From assembly GCA_001179505.1 (NCBI GenBank), contig CDMY01000275.1:1-63932 (forward strand): a DNA stretch of 63,932 nucleotides, read 5' to 3'. The DNA comes from Vitrella brassicaformis CCMP3155. Taxonomy: Eukaryota > Protista > Chromerida. The position numbers and the translations under genes were made by a program. Below the pieces are notes generated by a model that saw only the letters and a program-made list of their open reading frames with translations, ran no database searches and was not told where the DNA came from. This document shows positions 62,718 to 63,932 of the stretch, one piece after another (within the stretch, counting starts at the first letter, position 1; each line of letters begins with the position of its first letter).

Positions 62718-63420
62718 TCACGCCACAAGTCGCTTTCTCAGCTGCTTCATCTTGGCATCGACTTCCTCCACCCGGGCCACCTTCTGTGTCATTGTCGTGT
62801 TGCTATCGCTGAGGATGGCCTCCCTCGTGTGCTGCCAGGCACTCTTGTCCAGCTCAGCCATCAGCCGCACCGCATCACTCAGCCGATCCAGCTCAGCCTT
62901 GTCCGTCACATCATGGGCTTTGATGGCCTCGATACCCGCGTTGAGCGCATCAGTCGCCTTCTGGTTGTCCGCTCGCAGCGCATCGGTGGCCGCCTTAATC
63001 TCCGCTTGCACAGTCTCATTACTCGGCAGCGTAGCAACGTTGGCAGCCAGGTTGTTGTTGTCGCCTCTGATGGCGTCGATGTCCGTCTTCAGCGCATAGA
63101 CGCCGCGGTCGGCTCTGAGTGCGACGCTGTCGGCTTTGATGGCCTCAATGTCCTTCTGCAGGGCGGTGATATCCGACTTGAACTGCCAGGTGAGGTACAG
63201 AATGAGGGCGAAGACGGCGACTACTGCGACGGAGCCGCAGCAATTGATGGGAAGAAGCTGGTCGCTGACGTGCTTGTTGACGCGCTTCTCCAGTGCTTTC
63301 AGCTGCTCCCCGGCATCGGCGGCATCGACGGACAGCGCAGGCATATAGGGCACAGGTGTTCCCTCCGTTGCGGGAGGGGCACTCGCCTCGACGTCGGGAT
63401 ACGCACAGGACACACAGCCT
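62718..63420 (-). CDS. TM + coiled-coil protein, copy 2; 5' exons uncertain
   Basis: Same coding sequence as copy 1, preceded by exon-like ...AYPDVEASAPPATEGTPVPYMPALSV; last codon GCG vs GCT in copy 1. Confidence 0.7.
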
Positions 63421-63932
63421 GACAAGCATACCCACATCCACAAGCCTACGCATGAAAGACAAAACGGATGCGTGCGGAGATCTCTGCCCTTACCTCTTCG
63501 TCGAGGGCGTTTGCTTGACAAACAAATACAACCCAACTTGCGACAAAACGGGCGGAGATCATCCCCAAGCTCGCCGTGAAATGCGAAGTCAGTGTGGCCA
63601 GGCCTGCCAGGCCTGTCACCCTGGAGTGAACAGATCTTGTCCTCATCTGTCCAAGAGCCATGACTCGGATCGGAGAAGTGTCGTCGGCGTGTGGTTGGTG
63701 CTGCTGCCGGGGAGCCTGTCTGTCGGCGGTCACCAGCTCTGCAGAAGCAACATGCAGCGGATGGCACACAGGTACATACGTCAGCAGACGGACACACGAG
63801 GCAGGCAGGCAACAATTCATCAAGGGCTTGCGTGTGTGTGCAGTCTGCCTTCGTGCATCTTGGCCGCCCCACGGTGCCCGTCCCCACAGCCTCGTCACTG
63901 CGTCGCATCACCCGCCACGATCGCTTTGTGGC

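Overview
Eukaryotic, GC-rich, intron-dense genomic DNA. The short introns are full of (CA)n/(GT)n/(CAGA)n microsatellites, and two genes carry bipartite signal+transit peptides. By inference the source is a chromerid/alveolate alga resembling Vitrella; no search was run. I can support about 21 spliced protein genes. In order: an IRG/IIGP-like GTPase, a PPR protein, an inositol polyphosphate kinase, ALG8, two unknown genes, a Dicer-like gene (15.7-22.3 kb, +) and a PIWI-type Argonaute (25.1-30.5 kb, -) facing each other across one small secreted-protein gene, a flagellar-type repeat protein, two unknown genes, a p25alpha-EF-hand-p25alpha TPPP, a PH-like protein, a CUE/Smr nuclease, a plastid-targeted RCCR-like reductase apparently fused to an NmrA-like Rossmann domain, a C3H1 zinc-finger protein, a plastid thioredoxin, a GT32 glycosyltransferase, an unknown gene, adenosine deaminase, and two copies of a TM/coiled-coil gene. 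The most notable items are: (1) a physically linked Dicer + Argonaute pair in which the Argonaute appears slicer-dead and carries an RGG/GYGG insert inside its PIWI domain; (2) a 310-bp-arm fold-back hairpin made from non-LTR retrotransposon RT sequence, an obvious Dicer substrate; (3) the RCCR-NmrA fusion joined by a GC-AG intron; (4) a ~350-bp inverted repeat pair bracketing 17.6 kb. There are four 300-N gaps, one with clear assembly artefacts. Exon structures were read by eye and the gene ends of the hypothetical genes are approximate.
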